This document shows, one piece after another, positions 11,401-20,364 of a stretch of 64,000 nucleotides of DNA. Position numbers and translations under genes: made by a program. Origin of the DNA: Casimicrobiaceae bacterium. Its GTDB lineage: Bacteria; Pseudomonadota; Gammaproteobacteria; Burkholderiales; Casimicrobiaceae. Every line of letters begins with the position of its first letter. The first letter of the stretch is position 1. The stretch is from assembly GCA_036269335.1 (NCBI GenBank), contig DATASF010000106.1:9708-73707 (forward strand), read 5' to 3'. Below the pieces are notes generated by a model. It was not told where the DNA came from, searched no databases, and saw only the letters and a program-made list of their open reading frames with translations.

Positions 11401-13580
11401 CACGTCTCGGTTCCTTTGAACGGCAAGTACAAGGTCACCACGGCCCCGTGCGGAGACCGGTTTTCGATGGTTACCCGCCCATGGTGCTCCTCGGCGATCT
11501 TCTTGACGATCGCGAGGCCGAGGCCGGTTCCTTTCGCCTTGGTGGTCACATACGGCTCGAAGGCGCGGCGCACGACATCATCCGGAAATCCGCCACCGCG
11601 GTCCCCGATCGACAACGCGACCTCGTCGCCGCGCACCTCGAGGCCGATATCGTACGCGGGGTCGGGCGAGTCCGCCTGGGCATCGATGGCATTCTGCAGC
11701 AGATTGTGGATCACCTGGCGCAGCCGCGTCGGCTCGCCGTGTATGACCGGATCGACTTCGGCGAGCTTCAGCGACACATGGGGCCGCAGATTTTCGTACA
11801 GACCCAGCACGTCGAGCAACAGCGCATTGATGTCGACCGGCTGCATCCTTCCCGGTCGCGATTGCCGGGCGTAGATCGCAAAATCGTCGACCATGTGCTT
11901 CATCGCCCCCACCTGCGCAACGATCGTCCGCGTCGCCCGGGCCAGCGCCTCCTCGTCGGCGGCCGCCAGCTTGCCGCCGAGCTTGACCGCGAGCCGCTCG
12001 GCCGAAAGCTGGATCGGCGTCAGCGGATTCTTGATCTCGTGCGCGAGGCGGCGCGCGACCTCCGCCCAGGCGGCATCGCGCTGCGCCTCGGCCAGCTCGG
12101 TCACATCGTCGAAGACGACAACGAAGCCCGCGACGGGTTCGCCGGGCAATCTCGAACCGCGCATCAGCAGCACGCGCGTGTGATTCGACACGGTGACCTC
12201 CGCCTGCCGCTGCCACTGGCCATCGCGTCCGCCGCGGAATCCTTCGGCCACCAGTTCGGCAAACCCGGCGAGCGGCGGAAGACGGCGCGCCCAGTCGGAA
12301 AGCGGCGATTCGATCAGGTCGGCCAGCGGTTGCTGCAGGATCACCGCAGCGCTCGGGTTCGCGGTGCGCAGGCGGAACGCGCCGTCGAACGCCAGCACGC
12401 CGGCCGACAGATTGGACAGAATGCTTTCGAGATAGGCGTTGGTCGTCTCGATGGCGTTGCGACTCTCTTCGGCGTTCTGGCTCGCTTCGGCCAGTTGCGC
12501 CGTCATCGTATTGAACGACTCGGTGAGAACGCCGAGCTCGTCGCGGCTCTGCACCGGATGACGCCGGCTGAAATCGCCCTGCGCGACCGCGCGCGTGCCT
12601 TCGGCCAGAAGACCCAGCGGCCCGCTGACCTGCTCGGACAGCACCACGGCGAGGCCGAGTGCGGAAAAGAGCGCGAGCAGCAAGGTCAGGGTCAGCGTAA
12701 GCGCATAAAGGCGCTTCAGCGCGACGCGCGAAAACGTGATCTCCTGGTAGTCGCGGTAACCCGCCTGCACTTTTTCGGCATCGAGCTGCAGCTGCCGCGG
12801 CACCGGCTCGACGACCTGCAGCAGCCGCAGTGGCTCGCCGGGATCGGACGTGTTGACCGGAACGACGACGCGCAGCAGCATGCCCTGGTCGGTGCTCTGA
12901 TCGATCGCCGAGTACGGTTGCTGCAACCTGGCGCGGCGCAGCGCCTGCGCCGGCGGCGGCTCCGGCGTCAGCGTCGAGCCCGAGATTCCTGCGACGCCCA
13001 GCACGCCGCCGCCCGAAGTGAACAGAGCCGCCTCGTATATTCCCGCCTGCTCGCTTGCGCGATTGAGCCGCTGCGGCATGCTGGCCGCGTCGCCCTCCTG
13101 CAAGGTCAGCGCGAGCTGCGAAGCCTTGTTGGTCGTTTCCTTGAGCAGATAATCGAGTGCGCCTTGGCCGAGATTCAATCCTCCCTTGAGCGCCTCGTCG
13201 ACGCGCACGTCGAACCACGATTCGATGCTCTTGCCGAGGAACTGGACCGACACGCCGTAAAGAAGCGCGCCGGGCAGCACCGCGACCAGCGCGAAGAGGA
13301 GCACCAGCCTGATCGCGAGTCGCGAACCGAACACCCCTGCCTTGAGGTTCCTGCGCAGCCGCCACAGCTGATAGCCGACCAGGCCCATCAGCAGCGCGAC
13401 CATCGTTCCGTTGAGTACCAGCAGCAGGTTGTAATTGCTGGCGAAGAGCTGGGTGTTGGCGCTGGCTGTCGCGAGCAGGAACAGGAAGACGGTGCCGAGG
13501 ACCGCGCAGCCGAGCAGCACGTAGCGCAGCGCGCGAGGGGCGAGAATCCTGGTCACGGCGTGAAGCTCCAGCGAAACCAT
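11400..13580 (-). CDS. NtrY-like membrane sensor histidine kinase (TM-HAMP-PAS-HisKA-HATPase)
   Basis: From ATG 13580: hydrophobic N-terminal segments, a HAMP-like segment LAEGTRAVAQGDFSRR...ELGVLTESFNTM, H-box LAHEIKNPLTPIQLSAERL, and N/G boxes HNLLQNAIDA and DRGGGFP...GTGLGLAIVKKI. GTG 13556 (GTGA overlap with the upstream stop) is an alternative start. Confidence 0.85.
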   Translation of the reverse strand: MVSLELHAVTRILAPRALRYVLLGCAVLGTVFLFLLATASANTQLFASNYNLLLVLNGTMVALLMGLVGYQLWRLRRNLKAGVFGSRLAIRLVLLFALVAVLPGALLYGVSVQFLGKSIESWFDVRVDEALKGGLNLGQGALDYLLKETTNKASQLALTLQEGDAASMPQRLNRASEQAGIYEAALFTSGGGVLGVAGISGSTLTPEPPPAQALRRARLQQPYSAIDQSTDQGMLLRVVVPVNTSDPGEPLRLLQVVEPVPRQLQLDAEKVQAGYRDYQEITFSRVALKRLYALTLTLTLLLALFSALGLAVVLSEQVSGPLGLLAEGTRAVAQGDFSRRHPVQSRDELGVLTESFNTMTAQLAEASQNAEESRNAIETTNAYLESILSNLSAGVLAFDGAFRLRTANPSAAVILQQPLADLIESPLSDWARRLPPLAGFAELVAEGFRGGRDGQWQRQAEVTVSNHTRVLLMRGSRLPGEPVAGFVVVFDDVTELAEAQRDAAWAEVARRLAHEIKNPLTPIQLSAERLAVKLGGKLAAADEEALARATRTIVAQVGAMKHMVDDFAIYARQSRPGRMQPVDINALLLDVLGLYENLRPHVSLKLAEVDPVIHGEPTRLRQVIHNLLQNAIDAQADSPDPAYDIGLEVRGDEVALSIGDRGGGFPDDVVRRAFEPYVTTKAKGTGLGLAIVKKIAEEHHGRVTIENRSPHGAVVTLYLPFKGTET

Positions 13581-14110
13581 TCCGACTGCAGCGACCAGTC
13601 GCGCGAGGCGAGCGCGTTGATCTGGAACGGCTTGGGCAACTGGGCGACGTCGAGGCGAAGGCGCACGGCGGCTTCGTACCTCTCGCCGGGCGACAGTGCG
13701 TCCCTGCGGACGACCGGGCGCGAGACCACGCGCGCGAGCAGGCGCTCGACCTCGTCGAGCGAATCGAACTGCTGGCCGAGCAATCCGCTGGTCACTCGGT
13801 ACTGGCGGGTCAGCGGGTTGTAGGTCAGGCGGTACTGCACCGCCATCTGCACCAGCTTCTGATCGAGCCAGTACCAGCGCGGCCGCACCAGCTCGAACTC
13901 CAGAAGGAAATAGAGGGAGACGCCCTTTTGCAGCGCCTCCTCGAGCGTCGGATTGAACGCCAGGTCGAACTGCGCGTTCAGAACGTAGCTTTCGTCCTCC
14001 GGCAGCAGCTCGGCCGATTTGACTCCGATCGTATCGGCGTGCGCGGTCGTTGCCGCCGGCGAGGACAGCAAAGCCATCAGGCACAACAGGCCGGCGAGAA
14101 TGCGGCGCAT
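13553..14110 (-). CDS. DUF4390-like exported protein
   Basis: 185 aa with signal peptide MRRILAGLLCLMALLSSPAATTAHA. It sits between rsmB and the NtrY-like kinase, which I recall as the typical position for DUF4390 proteins. The family assignment is from memory. Confidence 0.75.
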   Translation of the reverse strand: MRRILAGLLCLMALLSSPAATTAHADTIGVKSAELLPEDESYVLNAQFDLAFNPTLEEALQKGVSLYFLLEFELVRPRWYWLDQKLVQMAVQYRLTYNPLTRQYRVTSGLLGQQFDSLDEVERLLARVVSRPVVRRDALSPGERYEAAVRLRLDVAQLPKPFQINALASRDWSLQSEWFRWSFTP

Positions 14111-14149
14111 GGACGGGAGCGGCGAGCCGCGCGATCCTTCCGGAAGGAC

Positions 14150-15430
14150 TCAGCTCTTTTGCAGGAGGGCGTAGAAAAACCCGTCGTGATTGTGCGCTGC
14201 GCCCGGGGCGGCTGGCAAGAGTTGACCGTCGATGGCGTCGTATTCCGCCGGCAAGGTGAGTCGAATGCGCAACGCATCGCGGTGGCGCTCGAGGAACGCG
14301 ACGATCTGATCGCCGTTCTCGGCGGCGAAGATCGAGCAGGTCGAATAAAGCAGCATGCCCCCGCGCTTAAGACACGGCCACAGTGCATCGAGCAGGCGAG
14401 TCTGCTGCGCGACGAAGCCCGCGATGTCGGTCTCGCGACGCAGCCATTTGCCGTCCGGATGCCGCCGCACGATGCCCGACGCGGTGCAGGGCACATCGGC
14501 CAGGATGCGATCGAAGGCATCGCCGTCCCACCAGCGATCGGGTTCGCCCGCATCGGCCACGGTGAGACGCGCAGCGAGGCCGAGGCGCGCGAGGTTGTCG
14601 CGCACGCGCTCGATCCGCGCGGCGTCGATGTCGAGCGCAACCAGATCGAGCGTTGCCAGCTCGGCCAGATGCGTCGTCTTGCCACCCGGCGCGGCGCAGG
14701 CGTCGAGCACGCGCATGCCGTCCTGCGCCCCAAGCAGCGGGGCGGCAAGCTGGGCGCCTGCGTCCTGCACCGAAAACCATCCGGCCGCGTACCCGGACAG
14801 CGCGGTCACGACGGCAGTCTCGTCGAGCAGGACGCCGGCCTCGCCGATCGCGCGCGCGCCGATGCCTTGCGCGTGCAACGCGGCGAGATAGTCTTCGCGC
14901 GAAAGCTGCCGGCGATTGACACGCAAGCTCAGCGTCGGCCGCGCGTTGCCCGCATCTAGCACCGCAGCGGCACGCTGCGGATACTCGGCGAAGACACGCT
15001 CGATCCACCAGCGAGGATAGGAAAAGCGCGCTTCGGGATCCTTCGCGATCTCTCCGAGCAGCGCGTCGCGGCGCCGCAGAAACGTGCGCAGGATCGCGTT
15101 GGTCAGGCCCTGGGCCGAGGTGCGCTTCAACTGCCCCGTAGCGCGCACGGCGGCGTCGACGACCGCATGCGCCGGAGCGCCGGTGTGGATCAACTGGTAG
15201 AGCGCGACCCAGAGCAGCGCTTCGACGCTGCCGTCGGTCAACGGACGCTCGGCGAGCGCATGCACGATCGCGCGGAGCTCGCCGAGAAATCGCAGCGTGC
15301 CGTAGGCGAGCTCGTGCACCAGCGCGCGATCGCCCGCGGGCAAGGGCACGCCGGTCAATACCGCAGGCAGTGGATTGCCGGCAAGGACGCGACGGACGAT
15401 TTTCGCGGCGGATCGCTGCGCGCGCTCCAT
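14150..15430 (-). CDS. rsmB: 16S rRNA (cytosine967-C5)-methyltransferase
   Basis: ATG 15430 gives MERAQRSAAKIV... (NusB-like N-terminal domain). SAM and catalytic motifs VLDACAAPGGKT, ILADVPCTASG and YSTCS. 426 aa. Confidence 0.92.
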   Translation of the reverse strand: MERAQRSAAKIVRRVLAGNPLPAVLTGVPLPAGDRALVHELAYGTLRFLGELRAIVHALAERPLTDGSVEALLWVALYQLIHTGAPAHAVVDAAVRATGQLKRTSAQGLTNAILRTFLRRRDALLGEIAKDPEARFSYPRWWIERVFAEYPQRAAAVLDAGNARPTLSLRVNRRQLSREDYLAALHAQGIGARAIGEAGVLLDETAVVTALSGYAAGWFSVQDAGAQLAAPLLGAQDGMRVLDACAAPGGKTTHLAELATLDLVALDIDAARIERVRDNLARLGLAARLTVADAGEPDRWWDGDAFDRILADVPCTASGIVRRHPDGKWLRRETDIAGFVAQQTRLLDALWPCLKRGGMLLYSTCSIFAAENGDQIVAFLERHRDALRIRLTLPAEYDAIDGQLLPAAPGAAHNHDGFFYALLQKS

Positions 15431-15458
15431 CGCGGGATGCGCGACCGGTGTCAGGACG

Positions 15459-16325
15459 CTAGCGCGGCTGAAATCCGCGCTGGTATTGCGAAGCGAGCGC
15501 CAGGAGGCGGCGGATCCGCTCCTCGATCGGCGGGTGCGTGCTGAACAGTCCGGCCAGTCCTCCGTCATGCAGCGGGTTGACGATCATCATCTGCGCGGTC
15601 GCCGGATGCTCCTCGGCGGGAGGCAGCGGCAAGCCCTTGGTGTAGCGCTCCATCTTCGCCAGAGCATCGGCGAGTGCTCCCGGGTCGCCGGAAATCTCGG
15701 CTCCGCCGCGATCGGCCTCGTATTCGCGTCCGCGCGAAATCGCCAACTGGATCAGCACCGCGGCGATCGGGGCGAGGATCATCACCAGCAATGCCATCAG
15801 CGGATTGCGTTCGCCGTCGTCGCGTTGTCCGAAGAACATGCCGAAATGCGCGAGCGCCGATATCGCGCCGGCGATCGACGCGGTGATCGTGGAGGTCAGC
15901 ATGTCGCGGTTCCGGACGTGAGAAAGCTCGTGCGCGAGCACGCCGCGGAGCTCGCGGGCGCTCAGCAACTCGACGATGCCGCGGGTCGCGGCGACGGCGG
16001 CGTGCTCGGGGTTGCGGCCGGTGGCGAACGCGTTCGGCTGCGCCTCGTCGATCAGGTAGACCCTGGGCATCGGCAGGCCGGCGCGCGCGGCGAGATCCCG
16101 CACCGCGCCGTAGAGCTGCGGCGCGCTCGCCGCGTCGACCTCGCGGGCGTTGTAAAGCCGTAGCACCATCGCGTCCGAAAACCAATAGGCCCAAAGATTG
16201 GTCCCCAGGCCGAACAGCAGCGCGATCATCATCCCCTGCGCGCCGCCGATCGCGGCGCCGGCAACGCCGAACAGCGCCATGATCGCCGCCATCAACAAAC
16301 CCGTCTTGAACCAGTTGCCGAGCAT
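15459..16325 (-). CDS. htpX: M48 zinc metalloprotease HtpX
   Basis: ATG 16325 gives [20 protein letters not shown]... HELSH zinc motif and downstream EYEAD. 288 aa. Confidence 0.92.
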   Translation of the reverse strand: MLGNWFKTGLLMAAIMALFGVAGAAIGGAQGMMIALLFGLGTNLWAYWFSDAMVLRLYNAREVDAASAPQLYGAVRDLAARAGLPMPRVYLIDEAQPNAFATGRNPEHAAVAATRGIVELLSARELRGVLAHELSHVRNRDMLTSTITASIAGAISALAHFGMFFGQRDDGERNPLMALLVMILAPIAAVLIQLAISRGREYEADRGGAEISGDPGALADALAKMERYTKGLPLPPAEEHPATAQMMIVNPLHDGGLAGLFSTHPPIEERIRRLLALASQYQRGFQPR

Positions 16326-16392
16326 AGTCGTCTCCGCCCCGGAATCAGCGAGGCCTTTCAAGTCCGTTATATGGTCGCGATGCGCGGGTAAT

Positions 16393-17337
16393 TCAATCGG
16401 ATTCCGCGTCGAAACTGGCACCGGCCGCGACCGGATGCCCGGCAAGAAACGAAGCGGCGGGGAGCCGCCGGCCGCCCGCGCGCTGCAGCTCTCGCACCAG
16501 CAGCGCGCCGCGACCGCAGGCGACGAGCAGACCGTTGCCGTCGGCGCTGACGATCCCACCGGCCGGTCCGAAGCTCCCCGAAGTCGGCTCGGCAACCCAG
16601 ATCTTGATCGTCTCACCGTGCAGCGTCGCAAACGCGCCGGGGGCCGGGTTGAAGGCGCGAACGACGCGGTCGATCGCGACCGCGTCGTCGCTCCACCGTA
16701 TCGAGGCTTCGGCACGCTCGATCTTGCCCGCGTAGGTCGCGGCCGAGGCATCCTGTGGCTGCGAAGCCAAAGCGCCGTCTTTCGCCAGCGCGACGAGCGT
16801 CCGAACGATCGCCCCGGCGCCGGCGGCTGCCAGTCGCTCCGTCAACGTGCCTGCGGTGTCGCGCGGCGCGATCGCGACGACCGTCCGAGAGATCACCGGA
16901 CCGGTGTCGAGCCCGGCATCCATCTGCATGATGCTGACGCCGGTCTCCTTGTCGCCCGCGAGCAGTGCGCGCTGGATCGGCGCCGCGCCGCGCCACCGCG
17001 GCAGCAGCGAGGCATGAATGTTGATCGCACCATGACGCGGCCAGTCGAGCATGGCCGGCGGAAGGATCAGGCCGTAGGCCGCTACGACCAGGACATCGAC
17101 CCTGGCGCCGGTCGGCAGCGGCGCGCCCTTGAGCGTCGGCGGCTGCAGGAGCGGGAGGCCGCGCTCGACGGCGAGCGCCTTGACCGGGGAAGACGCGACC
17201 CTGAGCCCCCGCCCCTGGGGCCGGTCCGGCTGGGTGAAAACCAGGGCGACTTCGTGGCCGGCGTCGACGATCGCCGCCAGCGCCGTCGCGGCGAACGGAG
17301 GAGTTCCAGCGAAACCTACGCGCAGCGCATCGGGCAC
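16393..17337 (-). CDS. fmt: Methionyl-tRNA formyltransferase
   Basis: GFAGTPPFA..., [35 protein letters not shown] start at 17337. 314 aa. Confidence 0.95.
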   Translation of the reverse strand: MPDALRVGFAGTPPFAATALAAIVDAGHEVALVFTQPDRPQGRGLRVASSPVKALAVERGLPLLQPPTLKGAPLPTGARVDVLVVAAYGLILPPAMLDWPRHGAINIHASLLPRWRGAAPIQRALLAGDKETGVSIMQMDAGLDTGPVISRTVVAIAPRDTAGTLTERLAAAGAGAIVRTLVALAKDGALASQPQDASAATYAGKIERAEASIRWSDDAVAIDRVVRAFNPAPGAFATLHGETIKIWVAEPTSGSFGPAGGIVSADGNGLLVACGRGALLVRELQRAGGRRLPAASFLAGHPVAAGASFDAESD

Positions 17338-17361
17338 GCCGGATTATGGCCCGCGCCGCCC

Positions 17362-17862
17362 CTAGCCCGCGAGCCGCTGCTTCTTCCTGAGCTTGGCGGC
17401 CAGCCGCGCGCGCTTCAGCGGCGACAGGTAATCGACAAAGACCTTGCCGACCAGATGATCCATTTCATGCTGAATACATACGGCCAGCATGCCGTCGGTG
17501 GAAAGCTCGAAGGGGTCGCCGCGCTCGTCCAGGGCGCGCACGGTGATCCTGGCGGCCCGCTTGACGTTGTCGTAGTACCCGGGCACCGACAGGCAGCCCT
17601 CCTCGCACTCGGCCTCGCCTTCGGCGGCGACGATCGTCGGATTGATGAAAACCCTGAGGTCGTCACGCGCTTCGCTGACGTCGATGACGATGATCCGCTT
17701 GTGCACGTCGACCTGGGTCGCGGCCAAGCCGACGCCCGGGGCGGCATACATGGTTTCGGCCATGTCGGCGACCAGTTTGCGGATTTCGGGGGTCACCGCG
17801 GCGATCGGGGCGGCGTGCTTCCGCAGCCGGGGATCGGGATACTCCAGGATGTCCAGAACCAT
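17362..17862 (-). CDS. def: Peptide deformylase
   Basis: ATG 17862 gives [14 protein letters not shown]. Motifs [16 protein letters not shown] and QHEMDHL. The track start at 17874 is a TTG four codons upstream. Confidence 0.95.
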   Translation of the reverse strand: MVLDILEYPDPRLRKHAAPIAAVTPEIRKLVADMAETMYAAPGVGLAATQVDVHKRIIVIDVSEARDDLRVFINPTIVAAEGEAECEEGCLSVPGYYDNVKRAARITVRALDERGDPFELSTDGMLAVCIQHEMDHLVGKVFVDYLSPLKRARLAAKLRKKQRLAG

Positions 17863-17972
17863 AATTACTTGCAAAATGAATACTCGGGATGCAGAATCCG
17901 ACCTAAACCCTTATTTTGCGTCGGTTTAGGACGTTTGCAAGTCCCGCACAACACCCGTACCGGAGAGGCCAC

Positions 17973-19121
17973 ATGAGCCTAAACTCGCGGCTGAATTCTA
18001 CCATAGCGACCCTGCTGTTTTCCGCGGTCCTGCTCTCACTGATGCTCGCGCCGCGCCCCGCCCGCGCCGACGATCTGCAGCTGCAGGACAACCGGCCGGA
18101 CCGGTACACCGTGCAAAAAGGCGACACTCTTTGGGGGATCTCCGGGAAGTTCCTGAAGCAGCCGTGGCGCTGGCCCGAGATCTGGCGGATGAACCGCGAG
18201 CAGATCAAGAACCCGCACTGGATCTACCCCGGCGACGTGATCGTGCTCGACCAGGTCGACGGCAACTGGCGGCTGTCGCTCGACCGTCCAGGCGGACAGC
18301 GCCAGTCCGGGCCGCGCCCGACGGCCCGCCTCGCCCCGTCCATCCGGGCTGAAAACCTCGAAGGCGAGGCGATTCCGACGATACCGGCCGCCGACCTGGC
18401 TCCGTTCCTCAGCAAGCCGATCATCATGACCAGCCGCGATGGCGCTCCGGGCGCCGGCAGGATCATCGCGGCGCACGACAACCGCGTCGTGCGCGGTGAG
18501 GGCGATTACGTCTACGCGGTGGACATCGACGAAAAGGCGGGAACGCAGTGGTTCATTTACCGGCCGGGCAAGGTGCTGCGCTCGTACGACAGCAACGAGA
18601 CGCTCGGCTACGAGTTGCGCTATCTCGGCACGGCGCGGGTCGACCGCTTCGGCGAAGTCGCGCGCATGGAAATCACCTCGGCGCGCGAAGAGATTCTGAT
18701 GGATGACATGCTGCTGCCGGCCCCGCGTGAAGAGCTTACCAATTTCGTCCCGCACGCGCCGGACAAGGCGGTCGACGGACGCATCATCGCGCTGGACGGC
18801 GACGCGCACGAAGTGGGCCGCAACTCGCTGGTCACTGTCGATCGCGGCCTTCGCGACGGCCTGGACGTGGGCACCGTCCTGGCCATCTACCATCCGACGC
18901 CGGTAATCGTCGACCCGCGGCCATCGACCGAGCCCAGCGTCCTGTCGCGCTTCATGAGCGACCCGACGCGCGACATGCCGAAGCCGACGCGGTATTTGAA
19001 CATCCCGCCCGAGCGCTCGGGACTGCTGTTCATCTTCCGGGTATTCGACAAGGTCGCCTACGGGATCGTGCTCAATGCGTCGGAGCCGGTGGTGACCGGC
19101 GACCTCGCGCGCAAGCCGTAG
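17973..19121 (+). CDS. LysM domain-containing exported protein
   Basis: ATG 17973 follows GGAGAGG. Signal peptide MSLNSRLNSTIATLLFSAVLLSLMLAPRPARA. LysM motif YTVQKGDTLWGISGKFLKQPWRWPEIWRMN. 382 aa. Confidence 0.8.
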   Translation: MSLNSRLNSTIATLLFSAVLLSLMLAPRPARADDLQLQDNRPDRYTVQKGDTLWGISGKFLKQPWRWPEIWRMNREQIKNPHWIYPGDVIVLDQVDGNWRLSLDRPGGQRQSGPRPTARLAPSIRAENLEGEAIPTIPAADLAPFLSKPIIMTSRDGAPGAGRIIAAHDNRVVRGEGDYVYAVDIDEKAGTQWFIYRPGKVLRSYDSNETLGYELRYLGTARVDRFGEVARMEITSAREEILMDDMLLPAPREELTNFVPHAPDKAVDGRIIALDGDAHEVGRNSLVTVDRGLRDGLDVGTVLAIYHPTPVIVDPRPSTEPSVLSRFMSDPTRDMPKPTRYLNIPPERSGLLFIFRVFDKVAYGIVLNASEPVVTGDLARKP

Positions 19122-19155
19122 CCTCCCGACCGGCACCCCGCCCGCAGTCCGTCCG

Positions 19156-20250
19156 ATGGAGATCGACGCGCGCGTCGAGGCCTGGGCGTCCCTGCAACTG
19201 ATTCCGGGTCTTCCCGCTCGCGCGCTGGTCGCGCTGCTCAAGGCGTTCGGCGGCCCCGTGGAAGTGCTGGCCGCGTCGCGGGCGAGCCTCGGCAAATGGG
19301 TGAGCTCCGAGCTCGCTTCGGCGATCGCGCAAGGCGCCGCTCCGGATGAGCTTCACCGCTCGCTGGCCTGGATCGCCGAGCCGGGCCACGTGCTGCTGGC
19401 GTGGGACGATCCGGCGTACCCGAGCGCGTTGCTTACGATAGGCGACCCGCCGCCAGTCCTCCATTATGCGGGCAAGCTCGAGTTGCTGAACCGGCCGGCG
19501 CTGGCGATCGTCGGGAGCCGCAATGCGACGCCGCAGGGCCGCGAGAACGCGCAAGCGTTCGCCGCCGCGTTGTCGGCGGCTGGGCTGACCATCGTCAGCG
19601 GACTGGCGCAAGGCATCGACGCAGCGGCGCACCGCGGCGGGCTTGGCGGCGCCGGCAACAGCGTTGCGGTTGTAGGCACCGGAATCGACCGCATCTATCC
19701 GGCAGCCAACAGGGCGCTGGCGCACCGCCTGGCCGACGAAGGCGGGCTGCTGTCGCAGTTCACGCTGGGCACCCCGCCGCTGCCGGGAAATTTTCCCCGT
19801 CGCAATCGCGTGATCAGCGGGCTGGTGCGGGGCGTCCTGGTCGTCGAGGCGACGCCGAACAGCGGGTCGTTGATCACGGCGCGCTTCGCCGCGGAGCAGG
19901 GACGCGAAGTGTTCGCGATTCCCGGTTCAATCCATTCGCCGTTTTCCAAAGGATGCCATCGCCTGATCAAGGAAGGCGCCAAGCTCGTCGAGACCGCGCA
20001 GGACGTGCTGGAAGAGTTGGGGCTGGCGCCGGCGGGAACCTCGATTCGGCCGCTGACGGGCACCGCCCTGGCGGACGGCGGCGACGCTGCGCGCGTCCTC
20101 GCGGCCCTCGGCCACGATCCGGTCCACGTCGATACGCTCGCCGAGCGCACCGGACTCGCCGCCAGCGAGATCGCGGTTGCGCTGGTCGAACTCGAGCTCG
20201 CAGGCCAGGTTGCGCCACTGCCCGGAGGAGCGTTCCAGCGCGTTATGTGA
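19156..20250 (+). CDS. dprA: DNA-processing protein DprA (Smf)
   Basis: Sequence LAIVGSRNATPQG...IVSGLAQGIDAAAHRG...VVGTGIDRIYP...FPRRNRVISGL...VVEA...SGSLITAR. 364 aa. Confidence 0.92.
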   Translation: MEIDARVEAWASLQLIPGLPARALVALLKAFGGPVEVLAASRASLGKWVSSELASAIAQGAAPDELHRSLAWIAEPGHVLLAWDDPAYPSALLTIGDPPPVLHYAGKLELLNRPALAIVGSRNATPQGRENAQAFAAALSAAGLTIVSGLAQGIDAAAHRGGLGGAGNSVAVVGTGIDRIYPAANRALAHRLADEGGLLSQFTLGTPPLPGNFPRRNRVISGLVRGVLVVEATPNSGSLITARFAAEQGREVFAIPGSIHSPFSKGCHRLIKEGAKLVETAQDVLEELGLAPAGTSIRPLTGTALADGGDAARVLAALGHDPVHVDTLAERTGLAASEIAVALVELELAGQVAPLPGGAFQRVM

Positions 20251-20364
20251 TACATAGGCGTCCCACGCCTGTTTCGCGAGCCGCTTCAATGGCAACTGAG
20301 TGCCGGCCAAAGCGGCTTTGCTATTATCTGCCCTCTTTTTTTGCCCGATGACTGTCAACTGCTG

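Noticed and set aside
16198-17976. 592-aa plus-strand ORF over htpX, fmt and def
   Set aside because: It is antisense to three strongly recognisable genes and has an R/G/D-rich composition.
20251-20364. Gap between dprA and topB, where I expected a small smg-like gene
   Set aside because: It is only 114 nt and has no ORF of useful length. It contains a weak hairpin (AGGCGT-ccc-ACGCCT) and a TATTAT -10-like element, so I treat it as plain intergenic DNA.
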